Source: Porphyridium purpureum
Taxonomy: Eukaryota
Reading direction: 5' to 3'
Assembly: GCA_008690995.1 (NCBI GenBank)
Contig: VRMN01000005.1
Coordinates: 682,001-746,000 of the forward strand
DNA length: 64,000 nt
Below the pieces are notes generated by a model that was not told the DNA's origin, searched no databases, and saw nothing but the letters and a program-made list of their open reading frames with translations. How positions within the stretch are numbered: position 1 is the first letter of the stretch; each line of letters begins with the position of its first letter. This document shows, in pieces, positions 1 through 12,010 of the stretch. A program made the translations under genes and the position numbers.

Positions 1-660
1 TCTCATGCGTTGCACTTGTGCCGAGCGCTGATTTTGATGCTTCACTCTCAGCGATTTTCTTTTCTCTTTCACCGCGACACAGAGTGTGGACGCTATACAC
101 CACTGTGCACTAATACTACTGCCAAATACCCACAACTGAACAGAGGAATCAAATGCGCGGGAAAAAAGTATTCTCCCAGTAAATACACGCCGATAACTGC
201 AAGTATGATTCTAAGCTAGATCACACGGAAAGACGGAAGCGCCTTACTTCTCCACTCGATTCCTGGGTCAAATGTCGAGAAATAATGACACTTTCCAGAT
301 TGTGACTGCTTCTAAGCGTGGCTTCCTTTCGAACCCAATGCCCAGCCGCCGCGCCCAAATACTGGCTCTCTCGCCGGAACCTGCTCTACCACCGCGGCCC
401 TGTATTCGAAGCCCCACTCTGCCGCTTCGTATGCTATGCACTTACACCATCAGTGCTGGTCAGCTCAAGAGGCTCAGTCTGATCCTTTGCATCCATCGTA
501 AATTTGACCCTTTCAAAATCTCAAAGTCTAGCCAAGCATTCCCATATTGCACGTATTGTGAAACTACGCCATTTTAGTAATAATATTTGAATAGTGCGGT
601 GATGTAATGCACACCAACAACTTGAAGAAAATAGCGTCAACTTAGACGCACGCGAAGAAA

Positions 661-770
661 GGGTCGGACGAGTGGGTCGGACGAGTGGGCCGGACGATAG
701 GACGGGACGAGTGGGCCGGACGATAGGACGGGACGAGTGGGCCGGACGAGAGGACGAGACGATTGGACGG
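661..770 (+). repeat. GGACGA-rich degenerate tandem repeat upstream of transposase 1
   Basis: gggtcggacgagtgggtcggacgagtgggccggacgataggacgggacgagtgggccggacgataggacgggacgagtgggccggacgag. Confidence 0.85.
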
Positions 771-830
771 CGCGAGGGGGCCGGGGAAGGGGGCCGTGCG
801 AGGGGAGTTAAAGGGATTCGGCGCATAGGC

Positions 831-3800
831 ATGGATAGTCGTGAGAGCCTCGCCCACAAGCCGTGGCATCGTCGTCGAGAGAAACGATTACAATGCGATG
901 GTGTCAACTGCGATTTTTCACCGCCTGAAGGACAAGGTTTATCTTACACTGCGCGGGTCCAAGTCATGCGAGAACACAAACTGTGCTGCAGACTGCGTGT
1001 ACGCACAGGGCGCATTCCATACGCGAATCTTCGACGGTCGACTGCTGTGTACGGTGGCCCATGCGATGACGATACACGCAGTGGAATTGACTTTGACGTC
1101 AGTGCCGGCATAGACAATCATGACGACAGCGCACGGGACAGCGACAATGACGGCGGTGATGACTTCGTGGACCCAGAAGAGCAGATTGAATCGGATGATG
1201 ATCTTGCTCTAGAGAATGACGCGGCAGACAATGATGAAGCCAACGAAGCAGAACGTATGGGACACGATGCAGCACAGATGAGCGATGCGTATCCTAGTCG
1301 AGAGATTGACGTCGAAACGCTTGTGACCCGTTATGCAAAGCGTTTTGAGAGATTACTCGACCAGAAGACTTTACGCCAGCGCCTACAACACCGCGACGAC
1401 AGCATCTCGAAGTACGTGCGCACGTTGACTGGCATAGGCTCATCGGAGAACATTGACATCGACGATGCAGTCGAAGTTCTAAGGTTTAAAAGTGAACAGG
1501 AGATGTTTATGCACAAGCACGCCATTTCCACTCGCGAAGCACTTGAACTAAAGTCGATGGAGATGCAGCTGTTACGCATCACTACTCGCACGACTCTTCG
1601 GTATATTACTCGAATAATCAGGCGTGCCTTTACGGATTTGAGAAGGAATCTATCGACCTGCGATGCATCTTTACTTGAGAAGGCCTTCTCTGTGATGCAA
1701 ACAAGTATCAACGAATCAGCTGCGGGTCTGGTTAAGCGAGCTTCGACCCTTCTTTTCACCCACAGATCTAAGCAATGCATATCGGATATCATCGGAAACA
1801 CAGTCATCGATGCTCAGGAGGCAATTATTGAATACGGCGCAGGGAAGACACTGCATGGGAAGATTTTACCTCGCAATGTGGTCCAAAAGATTCGCTTCCG
1901 TGAGCCAATGGAGCTCGCAGTAAATTCGGTTGTTTCCATCATCAGGGAATACGGTTTGGACGCCTTGAAAATCAATCTCTTCGAAGACCAACAGCGCAAG
2001 TCCCTCGTTTTCCCGCAAGATGGTAACCTGTGTGTCAACGCAGCTCGTCGCATCGCATTCGAAGTCAGGCAGAAATATGGTCCGGACCCACCTGAGGCAG
2101 TTCTATTTCCGCTGCAGATATACGCTGACGAAGCGCACATGACACAGAACGGGCGTCATACAATGACGCCGCTCAAGATCCGTATCGTGCATCGTCGCAT
2201 GTTCTGCTCAGATGCTCACCGTGAGCCACATGTCGTCGCGTATTTACCTGCGGTGGACACTGAATGCGTTGCTAGAGCATTCGGAGCGAGCCAAAACCTC
2301 CACATCAATGCAAAGTTGGCTCGACGTGAGCTCGAATCGTCGATGTATCACGCGATCATGAGCAAAACATTTTACGACACGCTAGCTGCTAACAAACATG
2401 GCATCCCAGTAACATGGCAGCAGCGTCGACTGCTTTTCTTTCCCATCGTGTACAAATTATCGATGGACATGCCAATGATATCAAAGTGCTCTTTCACCAA
2501 GGCATCGTTTGTATCCGGTGGGCGCGCGCAGAAAATGCCCTGTCATCAATGTATGGTACAAGCTCCACAATCATCGATACACACGCTCAGCACACCAGCG
2601 GCGCCACATCAAACAGAAAATGATGAGTTCTGGGTTACACGACGTCCCCTGCAGTATCGATCAGAGAAGAAAATTGAACACCTTGTGACCCAACACTTAT
2701 CCGAATGGGGAGCTTCGATGAGAAAGGCACATTCTCTGCAGTTCATCGGAGAACATGCAGCGATCGGATGGAATCGCTTCGACGAGAATGATGACAAAGA
2801 TTTCAACGAACTTGCAGCTGGATACGAGGAACACATAAGGCTTCTTAATCGTGGAAGGTTCCAACTGACCAGTATCGATGGGCTTCACGGTTTCTTGGCG
2901 TTCTGGTTCCGCGGCATAACCGTTGCCGGACTCAAGGCATTACTGAGCAAGCCAAATGTCACCCACCGAGTAGCAAACGTTGTCTTTGAACTCACGGAAG
3001 CGCAAGAGCGCGCGAAGCAATATTCAAAGCATGGGGAGGAAGAAGACGCAATCGGTGCCATGGCATCGCTTGATAGAAGCGAAGATACATGTGCCAGTGC
3101 AGGCGAGAGCAACAGCGAACATGGTTCCGAATCCAACAGCGAATGCGCGTCTGACATCGATGGACCATCACAATCTGGACAAGCGTCACCCGCAAAGAAA
3201 CGAAAGACAGCAAGCGCTCCGCCCAGCGGGACGAGATTTTCACACTCGAGTGCACATGGCCGTGCGCTCCCATTGAAGACGGCAACTCCAAAGCACAAAG
3301 GCAGCGCAACAGATCAGCTTCGCGGAATCATTGACTCAGCCGCTGGAAAAGCATGGAGCCGAATAGCCACGAATATCATGAATGAAGCCAGCTTCCGACG
3401 ACACGCTGTGTACACGCGAATTCGCTCCTCTAACTTCTTACTCGACTTGACAAAACTCGCTGAACAATCATACTCGCTTGGTCACCTTCTCCAAATGGTC
3501 GTACTCATACAACAGGAAGACATCCTCGAGGATCATGCACGCATTGCCTTCACCAATCTTGCAATTCGATGTATTCAGTTGTACGGCGTACTATATCTGC
3601 GAGTGATTCCCCGTGACCTGCTGATTCGCATCCCAAGTCTCACAAGTGAAGTGCAATCGCGGCTTCGAATATTCACACAGCGCATTAATCTACCTTGGAA
3701 TGCTCCAAAGATCCATGCGCTTTCTCACTTTGGCGATAATTTGGCGGACTTCGGGCCGATGAAATTTTGGGATACGACGGACGGTGAAAAATCCTTCCAA

Positions 3801-4745
3801 GTTGACAAGGTCTGGTTCAAGTCGCTGGTTGGTTCGGACACTTGGAAGCCGCATGAATCTATGCTACGCCGCGCTGCTAAGCACGAACTTGCATCGTTTT
3901 CGAATCGCTGGCTCTGACAACTAACGCGAGACGCGTATTTGAATGAGGGCCAACAATCAGACGTGCGGACGTTCACCAACACGGCACCAAATGTGAACAC
4001 AGCAAATCAAAGACACCCATGGTACCGGCATCGAGGATCGTCAATACATTTCTCATCGTCTTTATTCGGTGTCTGGCGCGACGCATGCACCGTCTGGACA
4101 TATACCAGAGAGAACGGGTTTCGAAGTGCTTTGGAATGGCAACCACAAATATGGAACCCATACGCTTCGCGTACATCCAACAGCACAAACAGCAACGCTG
4201 AAAGGGTAGCTCTATGGGCGAGAATGGATAGCGCTTTGAAACGTTTCGCGATGAACAAGTTCCGCGCTGAAGCGACGCATGCATCAGTTGTACTCGAGGC
4301 TTTTCGACAAATGCAGCTCAAGCACCGAAGGCAGACTGTCGAATGCATCGTCGCGCATCCGGATCACTATAAGAATCCACGATGGGACTTCGTCGAGTAC
4401 TCAAAGCACTCGACCCACCCGGACCAGTACGCGTACGGGAAATGCATCTTAATCGCCCGGATCACGATAAATACGGATGAGCACAACGAGACCTTCGATG
4501 TCGCAGTGATTCAGGACTTCGAAGGGCATGATGGAGAATCCTCCAAGTCGCCGTGCGCCAGCAAGTGCATGCGTCTCGAGCCCGTGTTCCACCACCAGAG
4601 ATTGCAAAGCGACTCCGTGCAAGTGATAGACGCGACGATGATAACAGGGAGGGTGACAGCATTCCAGGATACATCGCAGAAGCTTAGCCGATGGTATTAC
4701 TTCGTGAACCCGAACACATTTGAGGGCGTACAGGCATACAATTGA
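831..4745 (+). pseudogene. Plavaka-type (CACTA/EnSpm-related) DDE transposase, copy 1, with one in-frame TGA at 3915-3917
   Basis: ORFs 672..3917 and 3939..4745 are in the same frame. Likely start is ATG 831, which aligns with the copy-2 start. N-terminal C-x4-C-x20-H-x3-C Zn finger. Motifs FPLQIYADEAHMTQNGRHTMTP, KLSMDMPM, PCHQC, WNAPKIHALSHFGDNLADFGP..DTTDGE and C-terminal AHPDHY..PRWDFV resemble Plavaka transposases as I recall them. Collinear with copy 2. Confidence 0.8.
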
Positions 4746-4788
4746 AGTTGCGGTATACGAATCACTTCCCCTTTCACGCGAATCCCAT

Positions 4789-5070
4789 GCTTTTTCCGGC
4801 TGTTTTTCTCCGAGTTTTTCAATTCGTACAAGAAACGTTTTTCCAAAATTCAAGAAGATGCGATTGAAATACCTCAGATCACTCTACTATTCTGAAAGGA
4901 CAGCGGCTGAACAGATTTTCCACGAGTTTTTCTGCCATTTATTATTAGAGTTTTCTCAAAAAAGACAGACAATGGAAAAAGCACTGTACTTTTCGTGCTG
5001 ACACTGCAAGGAGTTTTTCCAAGAGTTTTTCCGGGCGTTTTTTTGCCATTTAGCACACGGACTGTCCGTG
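4789..5070 (+). repeat. Degenerate GTTTTTC(C) motif array downstream of transposase 1, ending in a 15-bp hairpin
   Basis: Repeated gtttttc/gagtttttcc motifs, then TTTTTTGCCATTTAG and CACGGAC-T-GTCCGTG (5056-5070). Mirrors the 3' region of copy 2. Confidence 0.6.
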
Positions 5071-5449
5071 CGGAGCATATCCTCACAAAAGTTTTCGCAC
5101 TCTTGGATGTGAATACACACGCCCACGACCGCAAATATTTCTGCCTTGATCCGTGTCGTCTCTTGCGAGTAGAAACATATGTGTAGAGGAAAGCATGTCG
5201 ATGAATTTTGCCCCCTTCGCTCACTTTGAAGACCAACAATGCGATACCTTCCGTAGCTCGTCCCGCTCTGCCTCGGTATCTCCAGCCCACCCATGAGCGC
5301 GCGGCTCCACGGGTTTGCATTTGCACATGCAGGGCCTCGAAAGGCGTCCGGTAAATCGTTTACGCCGGGCGTAACGTAGCGATACAAAGTCACACCGTTG
5401 CCCAATACTACTTCGAGCTCCCAGCGAAGGAGAGGGAGGTGGTTTATGG

Positions 5450-6415
5450 ATGAAAACGCCAGTCCTTGTGGAGACAGCAAGCGAACCGATGAGAAAAACG
5501 AATAACGCGCGGGGTTCAAAGCGTAAGCGTACCGGCGTCGAACCAGGTGTGGAGCCAGTGGGTCCACGCGCGGTGCCATCCCATTTGGCTCGCGCAGCCC
5601 AGATGCAACGTGAACATGATGGTGCAAAGTCAATTGACATTGCGGATATCCGGCACTTGCACGACTTGGGTCGTGCGAGCGATGGTATGGCGGTCAGTGA
5701 CGACGACGGTGTTGTCCATCGACTGCTCCGCGTACTGATGTTCGCCACTGACGTGATAGAAGACCGTGCCCGGATCAAGGAGCTTGAGATGAGGGTAGCA
5801 GCATTGTCCCGGAAGGTCACAATATTGGAGACTCGGATACACGGGAGCGTCGCCGTTGACTCGCTGGATGTCCGCGATATTGAGACACCAAAGTCGGTAA
5901 TTGGTGACGTGAGCCTTGCACAGTTCACGAGAGCCGCCCCGATATCGGACGCAGTAGCCGGGAATATCCGCGACATTTACACTCGTAGATGCGGCATCGC
6001 AAAAACATGGCTGCGTTCCATAGCCCCGCATGACAGACCTTACCCATATGAACTGGTTCTTGCAAGATACGCCGGATGGCCATGGTGGCCGGCCGTGGTG
6101 GTTCTCAGTATTGACGGACTTGGCCCTGAAGTTCTTATGAAAGGGTGCGTGCGAGATACCTCTGAAGAAGGCCGCAAGAAAGCCGACGAAGATGTGATGA
6201 CATTGAGGAAGGGTTGCATCGTTGTCCGTTTCCTTGGGAAAAGCGCCGCATCTTTTGTGTGGGTCCTCATGGAGCACACACATATGAAGCACGATTTTAC
6301 CCTTGTGGATGGTACGCCGAAAGGGCGCACAAAGCCATCGAAAGAGTTGGCGTCGGCGTATGCCATGGCGAAACAGTATGCTGATATCAGACTCAACGGC
6401 GCAAAGACCCGTTGA
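5450..6415 (+). CDS. PWWP-domain protein (putative chromatin reader), with a coiled-coil-like segment
   Basis: ELVLARYAGWPWWPAVVV...CIVVRFLG..ASFVWV...F...ELASAYAMA at ~6041-6385 fits the PWWP pattern. N-terminal basic patch SKRKR is NLS-like. Confidence 0.8.
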   Translation: MKTPVLVETASEPMRKTNNARGSKRKRTGVEPGVEPVGPRAVPSHLARAAQMQREHDGAKSIDIADIRHLHDLGRASDGMAVSDDDGVVHRLLRVLMFATDVIEDRARIKELEMRVAALSRKVTILETRIHGSVAVDSLDVRDIETPKSVIGDVSLAQFTRAAPISDAVAGNIRDIYTRRCGIAKTWLRSIAPHDRPYPYELVLARYAGWPWWPAVVVLSIDGLGPEVLMKGCVRDTSEEGRKKADEDVMTLRKGCIVVRFLGKSAASFVWVLMEHTHMKHDFTLVDGTPKGRTKPSKELASAYAMAKQYADIRLNGAKTR

Positions 6416-6473
6416 TGACATTTTGTCTGCGCAAGGCGAGCAATAAACTCCATTTATAAGCAGTACACTATGT

Positions 6474-8108
6474 TCAAGGTTTCGTGTCCGAACCAGAATA
6501 TTCCATGTAGTCCAGGAACGAAGGTGCAGATGCCGCGGATGGTGCGCCCATAGCTTGTTCGATATCGTCGCTTTCATTCATTGAGTTCACCGTTGGAGCA
6601 TGTGAAGGTCGGGGCAAACGACTAACAGACGCGCGCGGGCAATTGATGAGGCGCAATTGAGTTGCACGATATCGGATGGCTCGACACAAGCGTAGGTCTC
6701 CGTCGTTGATTGCGATATCGCTGTCACGGACACAAATTCGGCCCTCTTCGTCCAGCTGTATGGAATGGATATCCGAGCGAAACCAGCGTCGGCATGTCTG
6801 GATACACTTCAATATGCCCATGAAGCCCTTCTCAGGCAGCTTTCCATCAGCCCAAGACGTATATGTTTCCCAGTGTATTGGAATATTCCATTCGTCTTCA
6901 TTATCTCCAGGCATGTCATCACTTTCCTCCGATCGGTCTTACCAGTCCGATGCGGTGTCATCACGTGCTTGACACACTTTCGATATCGATGGTGCCCGCG
7001 GTTGAGCCGAAGAGACAAAGAGGGAGTGCATCTGCAGCTTACACAGCCCTTCCAAGTTGAGTCCGATATCAGCAAACGGAAAGTCTTTTCCATCCTTCGC
7101 ACCCGAGCGCAGGCCCAACAGTGACAGCATGAGCGAGTTTGACCACAGTGTCGACGACCAAGCCTTGTCAGATTCGGAACCGTCCCTATCCGGACGTAGC
7201 CATATGGAGTCCGCTTCATCGATTTTCAGCTCACGACAAAGGACACTGTAGTATGGATCTCTTTCAAGCGCCAATATTGATCGGCCATACTTTCCCAGGA
7301 CCTGCGTGATTGCGCAGTAGATCGCAGTCATCCAAGTGATACCGATATCGAGAGCTTCCTTCTCCTCGTTTGGCGTGATGCGGTCATCCAGTGGAGCTAA
7401 ATTTGTACCATATGGTGATACTGGCGTTCCGAACTTTCTGTACAGTCTAGAACTTAATAATGGCCGACAGGCAAACGACTTGACCGGTTCCTCAACCGTC
7501 CCGTCTCGCGTTATGCAGTCGACGACGCGACGCGCGGTTCCCAAGTGGGCCTTGAAAGCTGCCGCGAGCGACAAACGAATATTCCTACGGAGCCTATTTT
7601 TGGCACCTTCCAGCGATTCCTGCATCAAAGTAGTAAGTGCTTCGTCTTCCATCATGGACGGAGGATCCACAAACCCAATGTCAGTGTACCACATGGTAAA
7701 CATTGTCAAGCCCGGCGATGCCGCTGGCGTGTACGGCTCGCGATGATCATATGTAGCGGCAAGGCGCTCGAACTTGCGCCAGAAGTCCATACAGCCCGTA
7801 CCCGCGTCGTCGACCTTTACAACAGCAGGTAACAGCCCACGATTCACAATATTGCGCACAAAGATATCGGTCGCGGAGCCTCTTCTGGCTCGCTTCTTCG
7901 CTCTGTCTTTCCCGCGGCGCCGCCGCCCAAAATTGGAGCCATCGACTGTGGAAGACAAGGCTGGTGTGACCACAGCCTCCGCCGGCGCGTCCTCGTCCCC
8001 CCGCAGCCGCCGGGCCACTGCGCTGCGCGACGATATCTCAGCGCTGCGACTCATTCTAATATTGACACCCGCGCCACGGACACGCGCACCCCTTCCCAAG
8101 TCTGCCAT
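6474..8108 (-). pseudogene. Uncharacterised ~540-codon gene with one in-frame TAA (6939-6941)
   Basis: ORFs 6939..8135 and 6474..6914 are in frame, separated by one stop and 8 sense codons. Probable ATG at 8108. Basic NLS-like RRRRGKDRAKKRARR. No recognised domain. Confidence 0.6.
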
Positions 8109-8391
8109 ATGGCGCGCCACCTTCGAGACGCACAAGTTCGCCTATCTCTCTTCTCCCCCTTGGCGAGAGCGCGCGCAAAAAGACAAGTCGAGATTGGAAA
8201 AATAGAGCTATTTTCATATGAAAACGTGACCTTTTGGACGTGACCCGTGTGGGGTGTTGGGGACGGGATCGCATGCCGGCAAGTTGCGAAGGGGTCGCTT
8301 GCTCGCGGAGAGAGAGGGGAGCGGCGATATCGCGACAGAGGCAGGTTCTGCGGAGACGGGGATTTGCCGGCTGACGACAGCACTTGTCCAT

Positions 8392-11300
8392 ATGGAACGC
8401 TCGCTCGATTCATACCGGGCGGAGGCATGGGAGCTGGAAGACTTGTACGTGTCCGGGGATATCACCCAGGATGACTTGGACGCCACTCCATATGGACAAA
8501 GGATGTGTTTCGGGCCGCTGCTGCCGCCCGATCTTCTGCAGGTCTCTCGGGTGCGGCGCACGGAAGCCTTGCGCCGTGACGAGACGGCCGCGTCGGACCC
8601 GATGTCTCACGCCGATATTGGAGCCCGCGAGGCGCACCTGGGCATCGCTGTGAGCCATGCCTTTTTGATGTACTTCAGCAATATTGTTGGAGCTCTCAAG
8701 TGTCCACGTGGCGGCGTCACGGTGGCCCACTGGATCGCAGAAACCCCATATGGGCAGCATCACTATTCAGCCCATATGGGAGAGCGGGAGGTGGCACTGT
8801 ATCGCATGTTTCTGGCGGCGCAGCGCACGGAACGCCTCTTTGCGTGGTCATATGACGAATTCACGGGTGCGGTTGCCGACCAAAGTGCTCCGCGCCAGCT
8901 TTCATATGGACATAAGCGCAGGCGCACTGACGCAGGTGCACTCGGATATCCGAGCCGTGCACGCATTGAAGAGAGTCTAGACTTGGAGGCATGGCTGCTG
9001 AAGCAGAGATGCGAGTGGCCTCGCCGCCTGACAACCGTTGGCCCATATGAGCTCAGCCCAAAGCCGACGCGAAGTGACGGCTGGAACAGCGCATATGCTC
9101 ATTTTTACCATTTGCGCTCGCTTATGCCTACTGCGTACGGTGCGCCATCATATGATGCTGCGTTGGTGGTTCGCGGCCACGATGATGCGGTGGAGCGCAT
9201 CTCGAGGCTTACTCGCAACGCTTATCGGCTTCCTCAATTGCCGCGCAATATTGCATGCCCGTGCAACACAACAGGATACCCGGCCGTCATCTTCGTCCAC
9301 GAAGGCCCAAGGCTCCATGTGGAGACGATGCGGACACGTCCGCGCAGGGCAAGAGACGGTGACGAATTGTTCCCGAAGGGATGCTTGGCGCGCTTAGAAC
9401 GCATCCGCGCCGTGCGCGTGATGATGGACTTTGCGACAACGCTCCTCGATATCAGCACGTATGCTACCATATGGTTTGGCAGAGATGCTGCTCTTGCGCA
9501 TATGCGAAACTTGGTCCAAGAGCTCCGGAGCCGTGTCGTATCCGCTGACTACTCGGGGTCGGTCTTCCCATATGGGCCCACCGAGATGGATGAACAGCCG
9601 CAAAGGGTGTTTCGCTGGCCGCCACACCATACAGAGTATCATGGGCGCCGGCTGCGCGAAGCCTTCAGGATGGAAAACGTCCCGACCCAGCAGATTTCTG
9701 CAGATGGGCAGACTTATACCGTCCCACGCTACTCCGAGAGGCACGCCGTCGACATATGTGTAGCACGGCTGCGGAGCGCTCAGCTGTATGCTTGGCCTTC
9801 GATTGCGAGGACGCAATTGTATGCGTTCCGGGACGCGATAAATCCAGATGGAATGCACGTCCCGGAGTTACTCGCACCACGCTTCGATGTCGGCATGTGC
9901 AACATCCTGGAATGGGGCATTGAGCTATGGGACCACACGGTAGAGGCGCACAATCGAATATTCGCACATGTGACGCATGACTACCTGTAGGACGACCTGC
10001 CCGAACTGCATGCCACACCGAGGGACACGGACTTGGCCATTGCCAAGGTGTTTGGCAGCTTCCATATGGAGCACGGAGGTAGCAGGATCAACTTTGGCCT
10101 TCCTGAAGACCTCAATATTGATGCAGCCTCGCACGCAGCATCCATCGAGCTCGACACGGCAGCAATCCAGTATTGGAAGGCGCAAGAGACTGCCTTTGCC
10201 TGGGATCGGGGGAGCAGCAGCGTGTGGGTGCAATGGTTATCTGGCAACGTGACCCGAAGACATACGTACCGCGGACACCAGTGCACATCTAATGTGCGAT
10301 CAATAGAGTATGGGGGGTCCGCGCCATATAGTGTCTGGGTCGCCATGCTCAGGCGATTGTGGACGGATGGCTGGCAGCTGCAGAGGGGCCTTGAACGTGC
10401 GGCGGAGATGCTACCACGCCCATCCGAGCCGCGCACGCCACATGGCACCCGTGTTGAGGAGCCTTTTGCCCCGCAAACGTACCGCACGTCCAGCCTCGCA
10501 GGCGGTACTTATGGGCATATGCGATTGCCAGCGGCCAGCCAAAGTTGGAGCGATGTGGACATCGTGCGAAGCCCGATATCGGCATCTGCGCGTGCACTTC
10601 CGGCGTCCGCACACGTGGATATCCAAGACTGCTTGATCTGTCAATTTCCGGTGACAGACCAGTTCATCTACGAGTGCACGACCCTGCACCCGACATGCAC
10701 TAGCTGCCTGCGCATGACATATGCCTTTAAGGTGGCGAACATGTACAGCATAGAACTGTCGAACTTTCACGTGGATGACAGGTTCATGCGCAATTATAGC
10801 ATGTGCGAATTGTGCAGGAAGGCCGTTGGCGTCTGCCGCATATGCGAACAAAATTACGCATTCGCGCCCTTCCTTTTTGCCGGCGCAATCTGTACGGAAG
10901 GCTTCTCGGACGCTTTCGTCGACCATATGGAGAGATGTCTTTTAACATGGCACGTCACAGATTTTGCTGCCTTGGCCGGCTGCATCGCCGAACCCAGAAG
11001 CTCGGGCAGGTGGCGGATGTCCACGAACCCACCGCTCGTCGAACTGGTAGCAAGCCAGGCGCGGCGCCACTTCGCGCACAGCATATGCCACAATATTGTT
11101 CGCATAATGCTCGTCGAAATGCGCCGGGCCCGGGCTCGCCAGATGAGTTTACCAGTGGAGGATATCCAGGAGTTGCTGGGGTATTTCCCTGGAAATCGAC
11201 GCAGGCCGTATGGAATATCCCGCAAGCTTGCGTTTGACGTTCTGGACACGCGCCGATTTCCTGTGTGGGACGATATCGTCAACGAGTACAACATGTACTG

Positions 11301-11682
11301 GGATATCCGACCGGTCGTACAGGCAATTGGCTCGAGCCCAGATTGGCCTCACCCGCCGAACTTGCCCTGGTGCCAACATATGAACAGTACGTGGCGACCT
11401 GGGTATATCCGGCATTATCCGGGTCAGCGCATAATGGAGGATATCCTTTCATATGAGCAACAGCGGGCTCGCTGCTGGTGCAATTACTTCGTGTCGGAAA
11501 CCAAGCTCCGCATGCGGCAGGCACTAAGCGATCATTTGGTCTCGCTGCAGGAAGGCGGCACCGGGTTAATACCGCCGCGACTGCAAGAGCTTTGCGTGTG
11601 CGACGAGTGCAGGACAGGGCAAGGCGTGGCTGCTCATATGAGAAGATACCCAGGGCTGGCGGACGACATGAAGATCGCGTGA
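8392..11682 (+). pseudogene. ~1100-codon C3HC4 RING-finger-containing gene with one in-frame TAG (9988-9990)
   Basis: ORFs 8254..9990 and 10033..11682 share a frame with only one TAG between them. CLIC-x11-C-x3-H-x2-C-x2-C-x~32-CELC at ~10630-10815. First in-frame ATG at 8392. Confidence 0.65.
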
Positions 11683-11752
11683 TAGCTTGCCAAGAAGGCC
11701 ATCGCATATGCGAACCACGGCCTCGTGACGGGGCCGTTCAATACTTACCAGG

Positions 11753-12010
11753 TGTTATCCGCCGACCCCGCGGATACCTAGTCTTGCGGGATCCTTGCTG
11801 TGGCCTTGCTGTGGCCTTGCTGGAACCTTGCTGGTCCACTGTCATTTTTCTCACAGTGCTACCCGGCGAGCTGGAGAACACGGGGCGGCAGTCTATAAAA
11901 AGGCGTGGAGACCCGCGAGCAGGCTCGGGGACAAAAAAGAAGAAGAGAGAGAGGAGCGAAGGGGAGAGAAGAAGGAGAGGGAAAGTAAAAGGAAAAGGAG
12001 GTTCATAACA
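11753..12010 (+). mobile_element. Solo LTR (258 bp) with 5-bp target-site duplication CCAGG
   Basis: Begins TGTTAT and ends ATAACA. CCAGG at 11748-11752 and 12011-12015. Internal TATAAAA (~11894) followed by a purine-rich tract. Confidence 0.9.

Noticed and set aside
1..590. Possible minus-strand Gypsy remnant (GAAAGHW..EATL)
   Set aside because: Too degenerate to support by eye.
672..830. N-terminal extension of the 1081-aa ORF
   Set aside because: It is a non-ATG start running through the GGACGA repeat. Homology with copy 2 begins at ATG 831.
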